This document shows, piece by piece, positions 1 through 11,073 of a stretch of DNA of 64,000 nt (position 1 is the first letter of the stretch; every line of letters begins with the position of its first letter). The notes beneath the pieces were generated by a model that had not been told where the DNA came from, made no database searches, and saw only the letters and a program-made list of their open reading frames with translations. Source of the DNA: Ilumatobacteraceae bacterium. GTDB lineage: Bacteria > Actinomycetota > Acidimicrobiia > Acidimicrobiales > Ilumatobacteraceae. Location of the stretch: the NCBI GenBank assembly GCA_036804285.1, contig DAIRSS010000001.1, forward strand, positions 44,615 through 108,614. Reading direction: 5' to 3'. The translations under genes and the position numbers were made by a program.

Positions 1-1
1 C

Positions 2-670
2 TCACTGCTCACGCACGTGGAGACCGGAGTGATTTGTGCAGAAGAGGGTGCCGCAGCGATTGCGCTCCACGCCCGTACCGCGCAGCAGCACTATGCGCCG
101 AGTGCGCGGTGGGAGGCGATTGCAGAGTTGAAGCAGGCCGTCGGTTCGATCCCCGTCCTCGGCAACGGCGACATCTGGGAAGCAAGTGACGCCGTGCGAA
201 TGGTGAACGAGACCGGTTGTGATGGCGTCGTAATTGGGCGCGGTTGCCTCGGTCGGCCGTGGCTGTTCCGCGATCTCATCGACGCCTTCAGTGGAAAGCC
301 GATCTCGCCGACGCCACTGCTCGGTGACGTCCTCGACCTCATGGTCGAACACGGTGAGATGTTGTGCGCGCACCTCGGTGCGGATCGTGGCATTCGCGAC
401 TTCCGCAAGCACACGAGCTGGTATCTCACCGGTTACCCCGTCGGTGGAGCGATGCGTCGATCGTTCAGTGAGATCTCGTCTTTGGACGAGCTGCGCGGAC
501 TTGCCGCGTCGCTCGACCGCAGCATCGAGATCGTGCCCGGTGGCGAGCGCATCTCTCGTGGACACACGAACGGTCCGATCAAGGTGCAGCTGCCCGAGAA
601 CTATCTCGCGGACCGCGACGACATGACGATCCCCGACGACGGGGACGTGATGGCACTCAGTGGTGGCTGA
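2..670 (+). CDS. dus: tRNA-dihydrouridine synthase, C-terminal ~220 aa (5' end lies outside the window)
   Basis: The frame is open to the window edge. GNGDIWEASDAVRMVNETGCDGVVIGRGCLGRPWLFRDL and the following helical region match the Dus family. Confidence 0.85.
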   Translation, partial: SLLTHVETGVICAEEGAAAIALHARTAQQHYAPSARWEAIAELKQAVGSIPVLGNGDIWEASDAVRMVNETGCDGVVIGRGCLGRPWLFRDLIDAFSGKPISPTPLLGDVLDLMVEHGEMLCAHLGADRGIRDFRKHTSWYLTGYPVGGAMRRSFSEISSLDELRGLAASLDRSIEIVPGGERISRGHTNGPIKVQLPENYLADRDDMTIPDDGDVMALSGG

Positions 671-1304
671 CGCGCCGACGCCGCTCGCGCAAGCCGACAT
701 CGTGCTTGCGTCCAGGTCACCACGGCGAGTCGAGTTGTTGACGCAGTTCCTCGATCATGCATGCGGTGAAGGAGTGGTGTCGTTTTCGATCGAGCCTGCG
801 GATCTGGACGAATCTCCGCTGGAGGGCGAGACGCCAATGGCACACGTGCGCAGGCTCGCGCTCGCCAAGGCGCGCGTCGTCGCGCGACGCCATCCGACGG
901 CAGGTCCTACGCGCGTCGTCATCGGCTCGGACACGACCGTCGACGTCGACGGCGAGATCTTCGGGCAACCGACCGACGCACACGATGCACGGCGCATGCT
1001 GAAGTCATTGTCCGGTCGAACGCACCGCGTGCACACGGCGGTCGCAGTGATTCGAGGGGAGCGTGTCGCTGAAACCCTCGAGACGTCCCTCGTCACGATG
1101 GTGCCGATCTCCGATGAGCTCCTCGAGTGGTACCTGGGGACCGGGGAGTCGATGGGCAAGGCGGGCGCGTATGCGATCCAGGGGGACGGCGGGGTCCTCG
1201 TCGAGCGGGTCGTCGGGAACACCTCGGCGGTCATCGGGCTGCCGGTCGGGGCCCTCGGGGACCTCCTTGCCAATGTGGGCTTCAGTTGGAAAATCGGGGC
1301 CTAG
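660..1304 (+). CDS. maf: Maf-like nucleoside triphosphate pyrophosphatase
   Basis: Family motifs ASRSPRRVELL, GSDTTV and GKAGAYAIQG are present. The GTG start overlaps the dus stop by 11 nt. Confidence 0.85.
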   Translation: MVADAPTPLAQADIVLASRSPRRVELLTQFLDHACGEGVVSFSIEPADLDESPLEGETPMAHVRRLALAKARVVARRHPTAGPTRVVIGSDTTVDVDGEIFGQPTDAHDARRMLKSLSGRTHRVHTAVAVIRGERVAETLETSLVTMVPISDELLEWYLGTGESMGKAGAYAIQGDGGVLVERVVGNTSAVIGLPVGALGDLLANVGFSWKIGA

Positions 1305-1314
1305 AGCCCTATCC

Positions 1315-1341
1315 TTAGCACTCGCACCGTTTGAGTGCTAA
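1315..1341 (+). promoter_or_regulatory. CIRCE element (HrcA operator) upstream of groES
   Basis: Perfect TTAGCACTC-N9-GAGTGCTAA inverted repeat about 60 nt upstream of the groES ATG. Confidence 0.9.
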
Positions 1342-1404
1342 CAGCAAGAAACACGTTCAACAGCGCGGAACCAGCCGTTCCGCCGACACGGAGGACCCCA
1401 CCAT

Positions 1405-1698
1405 ATGAACCTGAAGCCCCTAGACGACCGGATCGTTGTTGAGCCAAGCGAAGCCGAGGAGCGCACGGCATCTGGTCTCGTCATTCCCGACACCGCCAAG
1501 GAAAAGCCGCAGCAGGGCAAGGTGCTCGCCGTCGGCCCAGGCCGTTGGAGCGACGACGAAGGCAAGCACTTCCCGCTCGACATCAAGGTCGGCGACACCG
1601 TTTTGTACAGCAAGTACGGCGGCACCGAAGTCAGCCACTCGGGCAAGGACCTGCTCATCCTCACCAGCCGCGACGTTCTCGCAATCGTCGGCAAGTAA
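1405..1698 (+). CDS. groES: co-chaperonin GroES
   Basis: 97 aa. [46 protein letters not shown] is canonical Cpn10. Confidence 0.97.
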   Translation: MNLKPLDDRIVVEPSEAEERTASGLVIPDTAKEKPQQGKVLAVGPGRWSDDEGKHFPLDIKVGDTVLYSKYGGTEVSHSGKDLLILTSRDVLAIVGK

Positions 1699-3363
<1,665 letters not shown>

Positions 3364-3389
3364 GTCGTTCCACAGCACAGCAGTCGATG

Positions 3390-3413
3390 AGGCCCCGGGG
3401 AAACCCGGGGCCT
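3390..3413 (+). terminator. hairpin terminator after groEL
   Basis: Perfect 10-bp GC-rich stem AGGCCCCGGG / CCCGGGGCCT with a GAAA loop, 27 nt after the groEL stop. There is no U-tract, which is reported for some intrinsic terminators in high-GC actinobacteria. Confidence 0.55.
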
Positions 3414-3457
3414 TGTCATGTCCGCACTCGATACTCGTGGCGTAGTGTGGCGAGAGC

Positions 3458-3817
3458 ATGGGTGCACAAGGTCGCGGCTTTTGGCTGCATCAAATCGTCG
3501 AATACATCATCGGCATCGGCACGTTGTTCCTCGCAGGCCAGTCGAGCGAACCGCTGTGGCCGGCCATCATCGGTGCGGTGATCTTGTTGAACGCGGCGAT
3601 GAGCGACGGTGCGATGAGTGCGTATCGGGTGATTCCGCGCCAGGTGCACAAGATCATCGACTGGTTGGTCATCGTCGGTGCGATTGCCGCGAGCATCCTC
3701 GCCGACCACGACGCGCAAGCTCGGGTGTCGCTCCTCGGCGTGGGTCTCATCCTCGCAGTGATCGCACTCGGCACGAATTACGTCGGCAAGGGAGCGCGCT
3801 CGGCTCGAGGGAAGTGA
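3458..3817 (+). CDS. hypothetical small membrane protein (about 4 TM segments)
   Basis: 119 aa with four hydrophobic stretches and G/C-rich third codon positions. No family recognised. Confidence 0.55.
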   Translation: MGAQGRGFWLHQIVEYIIGIGTLFLAGQSSEPLWPAIIGAVILLNAAMSDGAMSAYRVIPRQVHKIIDWLVIVGAIAASILADHDAQARVSLLGVGLILAVIALGTNYVGKGARSARGK

Positions 3818-3842
3818 GCAACGGCTCATTAGGCTCACGAGC

Positions 3843-4010
3843 ATGAGTTTCACGAAGCCAGCAATGGATCTAGAGAAGATGAAGGCCGCCTGGGACACCT
3901 GGGAGCGCGGCGAGGAACAGCCGGGCAAGACGCTCGCCAACCTGAAGACCGCTGGAATGGACGACCTTCTCGCACAACTCATCGCCTCCGGCTGGAAGCC
4001 ACAGGCCTAA
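3843..4010 (+). CDS. hypothetical small protein (55 aa, below the ORF-track cutoff)
   Basis: Hand translation gives MSFTKPAMDLEKMKAAWDTWERGEEQPGKTLANLKTAGMDDLLAQLIASGWKPQA with host-like codon bias. It fills an otherwise empty 209-nt gap. The Shine-Dalgarno sequence is weak. Confidence 0.35.
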   Translation: MSFTKPAMDLEKMKAAWDTWERGEEQPGKTLANLKTAGMDDLLAQLIASGWKPQA

Positions 4011-4026
4011 GTACTCGTCAGTTCAG

Positions 4027-4704
4027 ATGACGGACCTCGGTCGACGACAGGGGGGCGACCAGGTCATTCCCCGTCCGGCGGCGTTCTGGGTTCGCCCCGA
4101 CAATCCGTGGCGATTGCTCGATGTGTCGCCATTGCGCTCGACACAGACGGTGATCGAGCGGGTGCATCGGTTCACCACGACGCTCGATCAGGTGCCGCCG
4201 CCCCCGAACTCGCGACCATCTGCAGTGCTGGTGCCGATCGTCGAGGGAATCGAGGGTCCCGAGATCGTGCTCACGCGACGCACGAAACATCTCTCCAGCC
4301 ACAAGGGCGAGGTGTCGTTTCCTGGTGGCCGACTCGACGGCGACGAGTCGTTCGTTGACGCGGCCATTCGCGAAGCTCGTGAAGAGATCGGGCTCGACCC
4401 GAACACGGTCGACGTCATCGGCGAGATGAGCGCGATGGCAACGTACGTGAGCCGCAGTTACATCGTTCCCGTCGTCGCACACGTGACGAAGCGTCCCGCA
4501 CTCGACGTGCGCAACGACGAAGTCGACCGCGTCTTCACCGTTCCGCTTGCAGAACTCGTGCGCCAGGACACGTACTCCGAGGAGCACTGGGGACTCCCGC
4601 CGCACCAGTACCGGATCCATTTCTTCCATCTGGACGAAGAGACGGTGTGGGGAGTCACTGGACGAATGTTGCATCAACTGATCAACGTCGCGTTGTCGAA
4701 CTAG
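4027..4704 (+). CDS. NUDIX hydrolase, CoA-pyrophosphatase-like
   Basis: Nudix box GGRLDGDESFVDAAIREAREEIGL is preceded by the SHKGEVSFPGG context typical of the NudL/CoA pyrophosphatase subgroup. Confidence 0.8.
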   Translation: MTDLGRRQGGDQVIPRPAAFWVRPDNPWRLLDVSPLRSTQTVIERVHRFTTTLDQVPPPPNSRPSAVLVPIVEGIEGPEIVLTRRTKHLSSHKGEVSFPGGRLDGDESFVDAAIREAREEIGLDPNTVDVIGEMSAMATYVSRSYIVPVVAHVTKRPALDVRNDEVDRVFTVPLAELVRQDTYSEEHWGLPPHQYRIHFFHLDEETVWGVTGRMLHQLINVALSN

Positions 4705-5129
4705 CCGACTCGTCGGACGACCTCGACGAAGAGCTCTGCCCAGGCGACGCAGCGGATGCGACGCGTGCGCAGTTGTCGCTCACACGAGCGATAGAGGTCC
4801 TTTCGGAACTGGTCGTCGATGCGAGCTCGCAGTGCCTCGTCGAGAACCCCCAGCGCGGTGAAGTTGCGATAGGCAAAGTCGTGTCGCGCACACGGAATGC
4901 GAAAGTCGAAGGTGCGACCCTCACTTCCGACGACTGGGGCAGAACATCCGTCGGTCGTCCAGTCGAGTTCAGGATGCTTTCGTGCGAGCAGGGCTCGCTG
5001 ACGAGTGAAGTTGTTCAGGTCGAGGTCGAAGGCAATCCGTGTGACGAGTGAGTGCTGGTCAGACTCGCTGATCGACGGGGCGGCCAGAACGCTCGCGGCC
5101 GCGACGAGCACTGCGAGGACAGCGCCCAT
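4701..5129 (-). CDS. secreted prokaryotic-type phospholipase A2
   Basis: Signal-like N-terminus MGAVLAVLVAAASVLAAP. DWTTDGCSAP...CARHDFAYRNF...C...C matches the His-Asp dyad and four-Cys pattern recalled from Streptomyces violaceoruber PLA2. Confidence 0.75.
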   Translation of the reverse strand: MGAVLAVLVAAASVLAAPSISESDQHSLVTRIAFDLDLNNFTRQRALLARKHPELDWTTDGCSAPVVGSEGRTFDFRIPCARHDFAYRNFTALGVLDEALRARIDDQFRKDLYRSCERQLRTRRIRCVAWAELFVEVVRRVG

Positions 5130-5194
5130 GTGAATACTCCGATCGCCGTCATCTGTGACGGCGAATGATGTGTGTGCGAGCGGGTCGCGAAGGA

Positions 5195-5665
5195 CTACTT
5201 GTTGCGAATCGCCTTCAAGACATTCGCCATCTCGATGGCACCGATTGCGGCCTCTTCGCCCTTGTTGCCCGAGTCCGGGCCGGAGCGGGCGACGGCCTGC
5301 TCGATGTTTTCAACCGTCAGGACCGAGAATCCGATGGGGATCCCACTGTCCACCTGGATGCGAGCGATCTCGTTCGAGCATGGCCCCGCGACGTATTCGA
5401 AGTGGGCGGTCTCACCGCGAATCACGGCACCGAGGGCGATGAGCGCGTCGTAGCGACCAGTGGTCGCCATGGTGCGGATCGCGATCGGAATCTCGAATGC
5501 TCCCGGCACCCACGCCACGTCCACATTGTGTTCCGCGACGCCACAGGTGGTGAGTCCTCGGCGTGCGCCATCGAGGAGCGCGGTGACGATGAACTCGTTG
5601 AACCTCGAACACACGATGCCGACGCGCAGGCTCGGTCCTGAGTGGCTTCCTTCGAAGGTGGTCAT
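5195..5665 (-). CDS. ribH: 6,7-dimethyl-8-ribityllumazine synthase
   Basis: 156 aa. [22 protein letters not shown] and [14 protein letters not shown] are typical RibH sequence. Confidence 0.95.
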   Translation of the reverse strand: MTTFEGSHSGPSLRVGIVCSRFNEFIVTALLDGARRGLTTCGVAEHNVDVAWVPGAFEIPIAIRTMATTGRYDALIALGAVIRGETAHFEYVAGPCSNEIARIQVDSGIPIGFSVLTVENIEQAVARSGPDSGNKGEEAAIGAIEMANVLKAIRNK

Positions 5666-6912
5666 TGCTGTGGTCCTTTCGCGGTGATGTCGGATTGATC
5701 AAAGACGTGGCCCATGCGGTCCTGCTTGGTCTTCAGATAAGCGGCGTTCTCTGGCGTCGGCTCGATCGAAAGCGGCACGCGCTCCACGATCGACAGTCCA
5801 TAGCCGGCGATCCCGCCGTACTTCGCCGGATTGTTCGTCATCAGTCGCAGGTCTTTCGCGCCGAGGTCGGCGAGGATCTGTGCGCCGATGCCGTACTCGC
5901 GGCTGTCGACGGGGAGACCGAGCTTGGTGTTGGCATCGACCGTGTCGTAACCCTCGTCCTGCAACGAGTACGCGCGGATCTTGTGCGCAATGCCGATGCC
6001 ACGACCCTCGTGACCGCGCAGGTAGACGACGACGCCCCGACCCTCTGCGTCGATCTGGCGCATCGCCGAGGCGAGTTGTGGTCCACAGTCGCAACGACGG
6101 CTACCGAAGACGTCGCCCGTCAGACATTCGCTGTGCACGCGCGTCAGCACGGGACGACCGTCTGCGACGTTGCCCTTGACGAAGGCGAGGTGTTCGATGC
6201 CGTCGATCGTGCTGCGATAGGCGACGCACGTGAAACCACCCCATTCGGTCGGCACGTTCGCTTCGCCCATGCGCTCGACGAGCCGTTCGTGTGTGCGGCG
6301 ATAGTCGATGAGATCTGCGATCGAGGAGAGGAGCAGGTTGTGTTGCTTGGCGAACACGCGCAGTTCGGGCAGTCGCGCCATCGTTCCATCGTCGTTTTGG
6401 ATCTCGCAGATGATTCCCGCTGGCTCGCATCCGGCCAGTCGCGCAAGGTCGACGGCAGCCTCGGTGTGGCCCGCGCGCTTGAGCACGCCACCTTCGCGGG
6501 CGCGCAGCGGAAAGATGTGTCCGGGGCGGGCGAATGCCGAGTGCGTCACGGTCGGGTCGGCGAGTGCGCGCAACGTGGCGGCACGGTCGGACGCCGAGAT
6601 GCCGGTCGTCGTTCCCTCGAGGAGGTCGACCGACACGGTGAATGCGGTGCGGTGGCTCTCGGTGTTGTGGTCGACCATGAGCGGCAGGCGCAGGTCGTCG
6701 CAGCGTTCACCGGTGAGTGGGGCGACGACGACGCCGGAGGTGTGGCGCACGATGAAGGCGATCTTCTCCGGCGTGGCGTACTGGGCCGCCATGATCAGGT
6801 CGCCCTCGTTCTCGCGGTCCTCGTCGTCGACCATGACCACCATCTCGCCGCGGCCGATCGCCGCAACGACGTCTTCGATCGGTGCCATTTCGCTGTCGCT
6901 TCGTCGTGTCAT
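5662..6912 (-). CDS. ribBA: bifunctional 3,4-dihydroxy-2-butanone-4-phosphate synthase / GTP cyclohydrolase II
   Basis: 416 aa. [16 protein letters not shown] marks the DHBP synthase half and [19 protein letters not shown] marks the GCH II half. There is a 4-nt overlap with ribH. Confidence 0.95.
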   Translation of the reverse strand: MTRRSDSEMAPIEDVVAAIGRGEMVVMVDDEDRENEGDLIMAAQYATPEKIAFIVRHTSGVVVAPLTGERCDDLRLPLMVDHNTESHRTAFTVSVDLLEGTTTGISASDRAATLRALADPTVTHSAFARPGHIFPLRAREGGVLKRAGHTEAAVDLARLAGCEPAGIICEIQNDDGTMARLPELRVFAKQHNLLLSSIADLIDYRRTHERLVERMGEANVPTEWGGFTCVAYRSTIDGIEHLAFVKGNVADGRPVLTRVHSECLTGDVFGSRRCDCGPQLASAMRQIDAEGRGVVVYLRGHEGRGIGIAHKIRAYSLQDEGYDTVDANTKLGLPVDSREYGIGAQILADLGAKDLRLMTNNPAKYGGIAGYGLSIVERVPLSIEPTPENAAYLKTKQDRMGHVFDQSDITAKGPQQ

Positions 6913-7907
6913 TGCATCGCCTTTGTTCGTCGGGGGTTGAAGATGATCTCGAGGTCGTCGCCATAGGGCGTGACACTCACGATGTCGCCACGGTGCACGT
7001 CTGCAGCAGTTGCATCGCCAGAGCCAGCGAGCAGCCCGGGGGAGTCGCTGCCACCGGCGACGACTCCAGCAAGGTGCACGATGAACTCATCGACGAGATC
7101 TGCGCGTTCGAAGCTCGTGACGACGCGTGGTCCGCCCTCGACGAGGAGTTGGAGGACGCCTTCGCTGCCGAGATGGTCCAGCAGATCGGTGAGTTCGCCC
7201 GACCACTCGAGGCATGGATGGGCTTTGGCGGTTGCGGGGGCCGAGCCGAGGACGACTCGACGCGGGGAAGGTCCTTCGACCAGGCGTGTCGTCAATTCGG
7301 GATCGTCTGCGCGCACCGTGCCTGCACCGACGAGGATCGCGTCGCTCTCGGCCCGCAATTCGTGCACGCGTGTGCGTGCGGGAACTCCCGTGAGCCAGCG
7401 TTCGCTCGGCGATGGTGAGGTGACGCGACCATCGATCGTCATCGCCATCTTCGCGACGACGTACGGGCGACCGGTTCGACGATGGTGGACGTAGGCCCGA
7501 AGTTGATGCGCAACGTCAGACTCACAAACGCCGACGGTGACGTCAACTCCTGCAGCGCGGAGGCGAGCGATGCCGGTTCCACGAACCTTGTCGTCAGGAT
7601 CTTCGATGCCAACGACGACGCGAGCGATTCGGGCTTCGATGATTGCCTCGGTGCATGGACCGGTGCGGCCCGTGTGATTGCACGGCTCGAGTGTGCAATA
7701 CAGCGTTGCTCCCTGTGCTTTTGCACCAGCGAGACGAAGTGCAGCGACTTCTGCATGTGGTCCACCGGGTTCCGCAGTTGCACCTTCGAAGACTTCTCCG
7801 CTCGCCGTGACGACGAGTGCACCGACCCACGGATTCGGTCGCGAACGCAAACGAGCGTGGCGGGCGACATCGAGTGCCCTGCGCATGTAGTGCTCGTCGT
7901 GTTCCAT
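6909..7907 (-). CDS. ribD: riboflavin biosynthesis deaminase/reductase RibD
   Basis: HAEVAAL and [15 protein letters not shown] zinc deaminase motifs plus a C-terminal reductase domain. I chose the ATG at 7907 ([12 protein letters not shown]) with AGAGGAA upstream. The longer track ORF to 7976 would run into the riboswitch leader. Confidence 0.9.
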   Translation of the reverse strand: MEHDEHYMRRALDVARHARLRSRPNPWVGALVVTASGEVFEGATAEPGGPHAEVAALRLAGAKAQGATLYCTLEPCNHTGRTGPCTEAIIEARIARVVVGIEDPDDKVRGTGIARLRAAGVDVTVGVCESDVAHQLRAYVHHRRTGRPYVVAKMAMTIDGRVTSPSPSERWLTGVPARTRVHELRAESDAILVGAGTVRADDPELTTRLVEGPSPRRVVLGSAPATAKAHPCLEWSGELTDLLDHLGSEGVLQLLVEGGPRVVTSFERADLVDEFIVHLAGVVAGGSDSPGLLAGSGDATAADVHRGDIVSVTPYGDDLEIIFNPRRTKAMQ

Positions 7908-8018
7908 GGTGTGTTCCTCTGCCGTGCATCGTGCGTGCAGGGGCGAGGGAACGACGAGGGTATGCGCAACGAACACGACGCCCGAGAGGGGTCGCCACTA
8001 CGCGCACAACCAACGCCG

Positions 8019-8138
8019 ACTTGCTCCCATCCGGACTCTGACCGTCGGCCTTGGAATTTCACCAAGTCAGCCCACCGCCGAAGCGATGGGGTCGCGGGCT
8101 TTCACCGCCGGTAGGGGATTTCACCCAACCCTGCAAGT
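8019..8138 (-). promoter_or_regulatory. FMN riboswitch (RFN element) leader of the rib operon
   Basis: The minus-strand RNA reads CUUGCAGGGUUGGGUGAAAUCCCCUACCGGCGGUGAAAGCCCGCGACCCC...GGUGGGCUGACUUGGUGAAAUUCCAAGGCCGACGGUCAGAGUCCGGAUGGGAGCAAG. This matches the RFN conserved cores, and P1 closes as CUUGC/GCAAG. Confidence 0.9.
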
Positions 8139-8202
8139 ACGACTCAATTGCTATGTCGACTACAGGCTACGGGGCGTTCGTCGGACGGACAATGTCGAGC
8201 GG

Positions 8203-9117
8203 TCAGGGCACCTGTGGGGACATGGCGGCTTCGCGCCGTGACTCTGCCCGCGCCAGTACCGCCACACCACCGAGGATGCACACCGTTCCGAGCACCTGAC
8301 GACCGGTCAGCGACTCGTTCAGGAATGCGATGCCCATGCCGATCGTGACGATCACTTCGAAGGTCTGGATGACTGCACTGTTGCTCGCACCGATGCGCTT
8401 CATGCCGGCAAAGAACGCACCCATCGCCATCACGGTGCCGATGACGGCGATCTCGCCCGCAGCCATCCAGGCGATTGCGTTGGCGGGCATCGTGGACTCG
8501 ATGCCTGGTGGGTCGAGCAGCCACATCGTGGCGAAGGAAAACCCAGCACCGGCGAACACGATCCACAGTCCGGTGAGCAGATCCGTGCGCGGCATCACGC
8601 GCGCACCGATGACTTGATAGACGGAATACACGAGCGCACCCGCGAGGATGATCAACACACCCGATGACTGTGCGCTCGAGACGTCACTTGCGGTGAGTGC
8701 AACGCCGCCGATCGTCGCGACGAGACACGGCCAGATCACTCGCGCCGGTCGTTGACCGTAGAACCACCAGCCAAGGAAGACGACGACGATCGGATAGTGG
8801 TAGAAGATCACCATCATCAGACCGGAGTCCATCCGCTCCATTGCACTGAACACGCACACGCCATTGAGGTAGAGGCCGAGCGCGCCGAGGAGGAACAACT
8901 GCGTGCTCGTCTTGCGGTCCGGCCAGTTGCGCAGTCCGACTCGAGCAAAGCGCACGGCGAGCAGGACGACCAGGCTGATCGCATACCGAGCCGTCATCAA
9001 GCCGAAGGGGTCCGCGCCTCGGTCGTAGGCCATGTGCACGAACACGGGAGTGATGCCGTAGAGCGTCGAGCTCGTGAGGGCAAAGATGACGCCGGCGAGC
9101 GCCCGGTTGTTTCGCAC
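8203..9117 (-). CDS. EamA/DMT-superfamily transporter
   Basis: 304 aa with about 10 TM segments and two EamA-like repeats. Confidence 0.8.
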   Translation of the reverse strand: MRNNRALAGVIFALTSSTLYGITPVFVHMAYDRGADPFGLMTARYAISLVVLLAVRFARVGLRNWPDRKTSTQLFLLGALGLYLNGVCVFSAMERMDSGLMMVIFYHYPIVVVFLGWWFYGQRPARVIWPCLVATIGGVALTASDVSSAQSSGVLIILAGALVYSVYQVIGARVMPRTDLLTGLWIVFAGAGFSFATMWLLDPPGIESTMPANAIAWMAAGEIAVIGTVMAMGAFFAGMKRIGASNSAVIQTFEVIVTIGMGIAFLNESLTGRQVLGTVCILGGVAVLARAESRREAAMSPQVP

Positions 9118-9128
9118 GAAGGACGAAA

Positions 9129-9410
9129 CTACTCGTTCGATTTCAACTCGGCATCGATTGCGCGGTCGCGAGCGATGATCGCGCGCGCAATCCGTACACC
9201 GATGACGACGAGTGCGGCGAGCAGGATGCCGAACACCGCGATCTGCATCGCTCCACCGCGGTCACCCGAACTCTGTGGCTCGGTTCCACATCCCGGCTTC
9301 GGGTAGAGGCCGATGCAGGAGGACAAGTCGAGTTCGTCCGTCGGAGGTGGCACGGTTTGGTTCGCGAGCGTCACGAGCATCGTCTCAATCGTCACACCTC
9401 CGGCGAGCAT
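9129..9410 (-). CDS. hypothetical small protein with a C-terminal TM anchor
   Basis: 93 aa with a hydrophobic [18 protein letters not shown] segment near the C-terminus. It lies 11 nt upstream of the EamA gene. The start is uncertain, with an alternative ATG at 9380. Confidence 0.35.
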   Translation of the reverse strand: MLAGGVTIETMLVTLANQTVPPPTDELDLSSCIGLYPKPGCGTEPQSSGDRGGAMQIAVFGILLAALVVIGVRIARAIIARDRAIDAELKSNE

Positions 9411-9442
9411 TTACCAATCGTCAACTAGTGTCCTTGTGCACT

Positions 9443-10999
9443 ATGAGTCGCCCTGAACAGCCAACGATCCTCGTCGTTGACTTCGGTGCCCAGTACGCCC
9501 AGTTGATTGCTCGTCGCGTGCGCGAAGCCCAGGTGTATTCAGAGATCGTGCCGCACTCGATTTCTGCCCAACAGGTGCGCGATGCCAAGCCGATCGGCAT
9601 CATCCTGTCGGGTGGACCAGCCAGCGTGCACGTGGAGGGGGCGCCGTTGCTCGACCCCGCGATCTACGACCTCGGTGTTCCCATCCTCGGCATCTGTTAC
9701 GGCGCACAACTCATCGCCCAGCAATTGGGTGGCACGGTGTCCCGTGGTGGTCGAGGCGAGTACGGCAGGACGACGCTCACGAGGACGTCTGGGGTCACCT
9801 CGTCGGTCCTGCCGTCATCGCTTGGTGCCCAAGGCTTCGTGTGGATGAGTCACTTTGATGCGGTCAGTGTTCTCCCGCCCGGATTCGTCGCGACGGCAAG
9901 TACGCCGGACGCGCCGATGGCAGTCATCGAAAACGACGGCCGACGCATCTGGGGTGTCCAGTACCACCCAGAAGTCGTGCACAGTGAGTGCGGTCAGGAT
10001 CTCCTCGAGCGGTTCATTCACGAACTCGTCGGTGCGCCACGTTCGTGGACGATGAGCTCGATCGTCGATGAACAGGTTGCGGCGATTCGCGCACAAGTCG
10101 GTGACCAGCGCGCGATCTGTGGACTCTCGGGTGGTGTGGATTCAGCGGTTGCAGCGGCACTCGTGCACAAGGCGATCGGCAAGCAGTTGACGTGCGTGTA
10201 CGTCGACACCGGCCTCATGCGCAAGAACGAAAGTGCACAGGTGGTCGAGACGTTCAAGCGCAACATGGGGATCGAACTCGTCCACGTGGATGCTGGGAGC
10301 CGCTTCTTCGAGAAGTTGCGCGGAGTGACCGAACCAGAAGCCAAGCGCAAGGCGATTGGGGAGTTGTTCGTGCGCATCTTCGAGGAGCACACGGGTGGCA
10401 TCACGGATGCGAAGTTCCTCGTCCAGGGCACGCTGTATCCCGACGTGATTGAAAGTGGTGGTGTGGACGGCAAGGCGAGCGTGATCAAGAGTCACCACAA
10501 CGTCGGCGGACTTCCTGAAGACATGACACTCGAGTTGTGCGAACCACTCCGCGCGCTGTTCAAGGACGAGGTGCGCAAGCTCGGGAGTGAACTCGGGCTG
10601 CCCGATGAGATCGTGTGGCGCCAACCGTTCCCGGGTCCAGGTCTCGGCGTGCGAATCATCGGCGAGGTGACGCCCGAGCGCGTTGCGCTGTTGCAGGATG
10701 CCGATGCGATCGTGCGCGAAGAGATTCGACTGGCGGGCCTCGAGCGAGAGATCTGGCAGGCCTTTGCCGTCCTCGCCGACATTCGTTCCGTCGGCGTGAT
10801 GGGGGACGAGCGCACCTATGGACATCCGATCATCATTCGGGCCGTCACGAGCGAGGATGCGATGACGGCCGACTGGGCCCGACTTCCGTACGACCTGCTG
10901 GAGCGCATGTCGTCACGAATCATCAACGAAGTCAAGGGTGTCAATCGGGTCGCCTACGACATCACGTCAAAGCCCCCGGGCACTATCGAGTGGGAGTAA
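9443..10999 (+). CDS. guaA: GMP synthase (glutamine-hydrolysing)
   Basis: From [28 protein letters not shown] onward there is a GATase domain, the ATP-PPase motif [10 protein letters not shown] and the C-terminal PPGTIEWE. The Arg-rich extension back to 9212 in the track is not credible. Confidence 0.95.
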   Translation: MSRPEQPTILVVDFGAQYAQLIARRVREAQVYSEIVPHSISAQQVRDAKPIGIILSGGPASVHVEGAPLLDPAIYDLGVPILGICYGAQLIAQQLGGTVSRGGRGEYGRTTLTRTSGVTSSVLPSSLGAQGFVWMSHFDAVSVLPPGFVATASTPDAPMAVIENDGRRIWGVQYHPEVVHSECGQDLLERFIHELVGAPRSWTMSSIVDEQVAAIRAQVGDQRAICGLSGGVDSAVAAALVHKAIGKQLTCVYVDTGLMRKNESAQVVETFKRNMGIELVHVDAGSRFFEKLRGVTEPEAKRKAIGELFVRIFEEHTGGITDAKFLVQGTLYPDVIESGGVDGKASVIKSHHNVGGLPEDMTLELCEPLRALFKDEVRKLGSELGLPDEIVWRQPFPGPGLGVRIIGEVTPERVALLQDADAIVREEIRLAGLEREIWQAFAVLADIRSVGVMGDERTYGHPIIIRAVTSEDAMTADWARLPYDLLERMSSRIINEVKGVNRVAYDITSKPPGTIEWE

Positions 11000-11016
11000 C
11001 CCAAAGCCCTTGATTT

Positions 11017-11034
11017 ACGGGCTCTGGAGCCCGT
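11017..11034 (+). terminator. weak hairpin after guaA
   Basis: ACGGGCTC..GAGCCCGT short stem 18 nt after the guaA stop, with no U-tract. Confidence 0.25.
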
Positions 11035-11073
11035 CTGACATCAAATCGTCATAATCGGTAGACTCATCCCATC

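Noticed and set aside
5665-6966. 433-aa plus-strand ORF
   Set aside because: It is antisense to ribBA and has no recognisable motifs. It is a high-GC artefact.
8139-8202. Possible rib operon promoter (TTGTCC-17 nt-TAGCCT on the minus strand)
   Set aside because: The match to consensus is weak and I cannot support it without transcription start site data, so it is not listed as a feature.
9212-9442. N-terminal 77-codon extension of guaA in the track ORF
   Set aside because: The extension is Arg/Ser-rich and overlaps the divergent small ORF. The GuaA homology begins at [18 protein letters not shown] (ATG at 9443).
11000-11073. Possible ydaO/cyclic-di-AMP riboswitch upstream of the NlpC/P60 hydrolase gene
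   Set aside because: The spacer is only 74 nt and shows none of the conserved ydaO core sequence. It is too short for that aptamer.
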